32,000 nucleotides of DNA from Candidatus Saccharimonadota bacterium (GTDB lineage: Bacteria; Patescibacteriota; Patescibacteriia; 2-12-FULL-60-25), in the NCBI GenBank assembly GCA_022843095.1, contig JALHOH010000002.1, forward strand, positions 1 through 32,000, written 5' to 3'. Of this stretch, positions 31,815 to 32,000 are shown piece by piece. Numbering within the stretch: position 1 is the first letter of the stretch; each line of letters begins with the position of its first letter. Below the pieces are notes generated by a model. The model searched no databases. It was given only the letters and a program-made list of their open reading frames with translations, and was not told the origin of the DNA. The position numbers and the translations under genes were made by a program.

Positions 31815-32000
31815 ATGTGGTACCTCCGCCTCGCGTTTCTTTCGATCATCCGTTGTGTGATGATTTTTGCACTGATCATTTTTTCCCAGCGTTTTGAGGT
31901 CAGTCCGTTGCCCGCATGGACACTGACTGCGTTCGTCTTTTTGATGGAAGGGGTTGCAACCTATCTGGTTGCGATGTGGGCATTTGCCCGCGTGGACGCG
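31815..32000 (+). CDS. partial membrane protein (5' end only, runs off the window)
   Basis: ATG 31815 opens a frame that stays open to the window end (62 codons) with hydrophobic segments (LAFLSIIRCVMIFALIIF, LTAFVFLMEGVATYLVAMWAF). Confidence 0.4.
   Translation, partial: MWYLRLAFLSIIRCVMIFALIIFSQRFEVSPLPAWTLTAFVFLMEGVATYLVAMWAFARVDA

Overview
The window splits into three blocks that differ in base composition (judged by eye) and gene content. Block 1 (about 1-11970) is very GC-rich and looks like a mobile/defence island. It holds a single-HKD PLD-family nuclease-like gene, a type I CBASS operon (CD-NTase plus a Cap15-like 2TM/beta-barrel effector), a CoiA-like nuclease-HTH protein, a GIY-YIG protein, a tyrosine recombinase and a myxobacterial-style Cys-rich lipoprotein. 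The CBASS cyclase is split at codon 19 by an ISKra4-like insertion sequence with 12-bp terminal inverted repeats and a perfect 8-bp target duplication. The recombinase core is bracketed by a perfect 20-bp inverted repeat. Block 2 (about 11970-19260) is patchy and near half G+C. It contains the most unusual feature: two paralogous ~62-codon small ORFs, each with the same AAGGAG-8nt-ATG context and the same hairpin-plus-U-tract after the stop. One precedes a 652-aa CHAT (caspase-like) protease and the other an unrelated 372-aa protein. A COG3910-type P-loop ATPase lies between the two modules. Block 3 (about 19260-32000) is mid-GC streamlined housekeeping DNA: M29-like peptidase, rnhB, ruvX, recO, asnS, aspS, an ABC-F ATPase and a permease. 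Its promoters have a leaderless or short-leader geometry. A ~1.5-kb GC-rich single-gene insertion sits at the 3' end of asnS, flanked by a perfect 33-bp direct repeat. I saw no rRNA, tRNA or CRISPR array. All functional calls rest on motif recognition by eye; no database search was possible.
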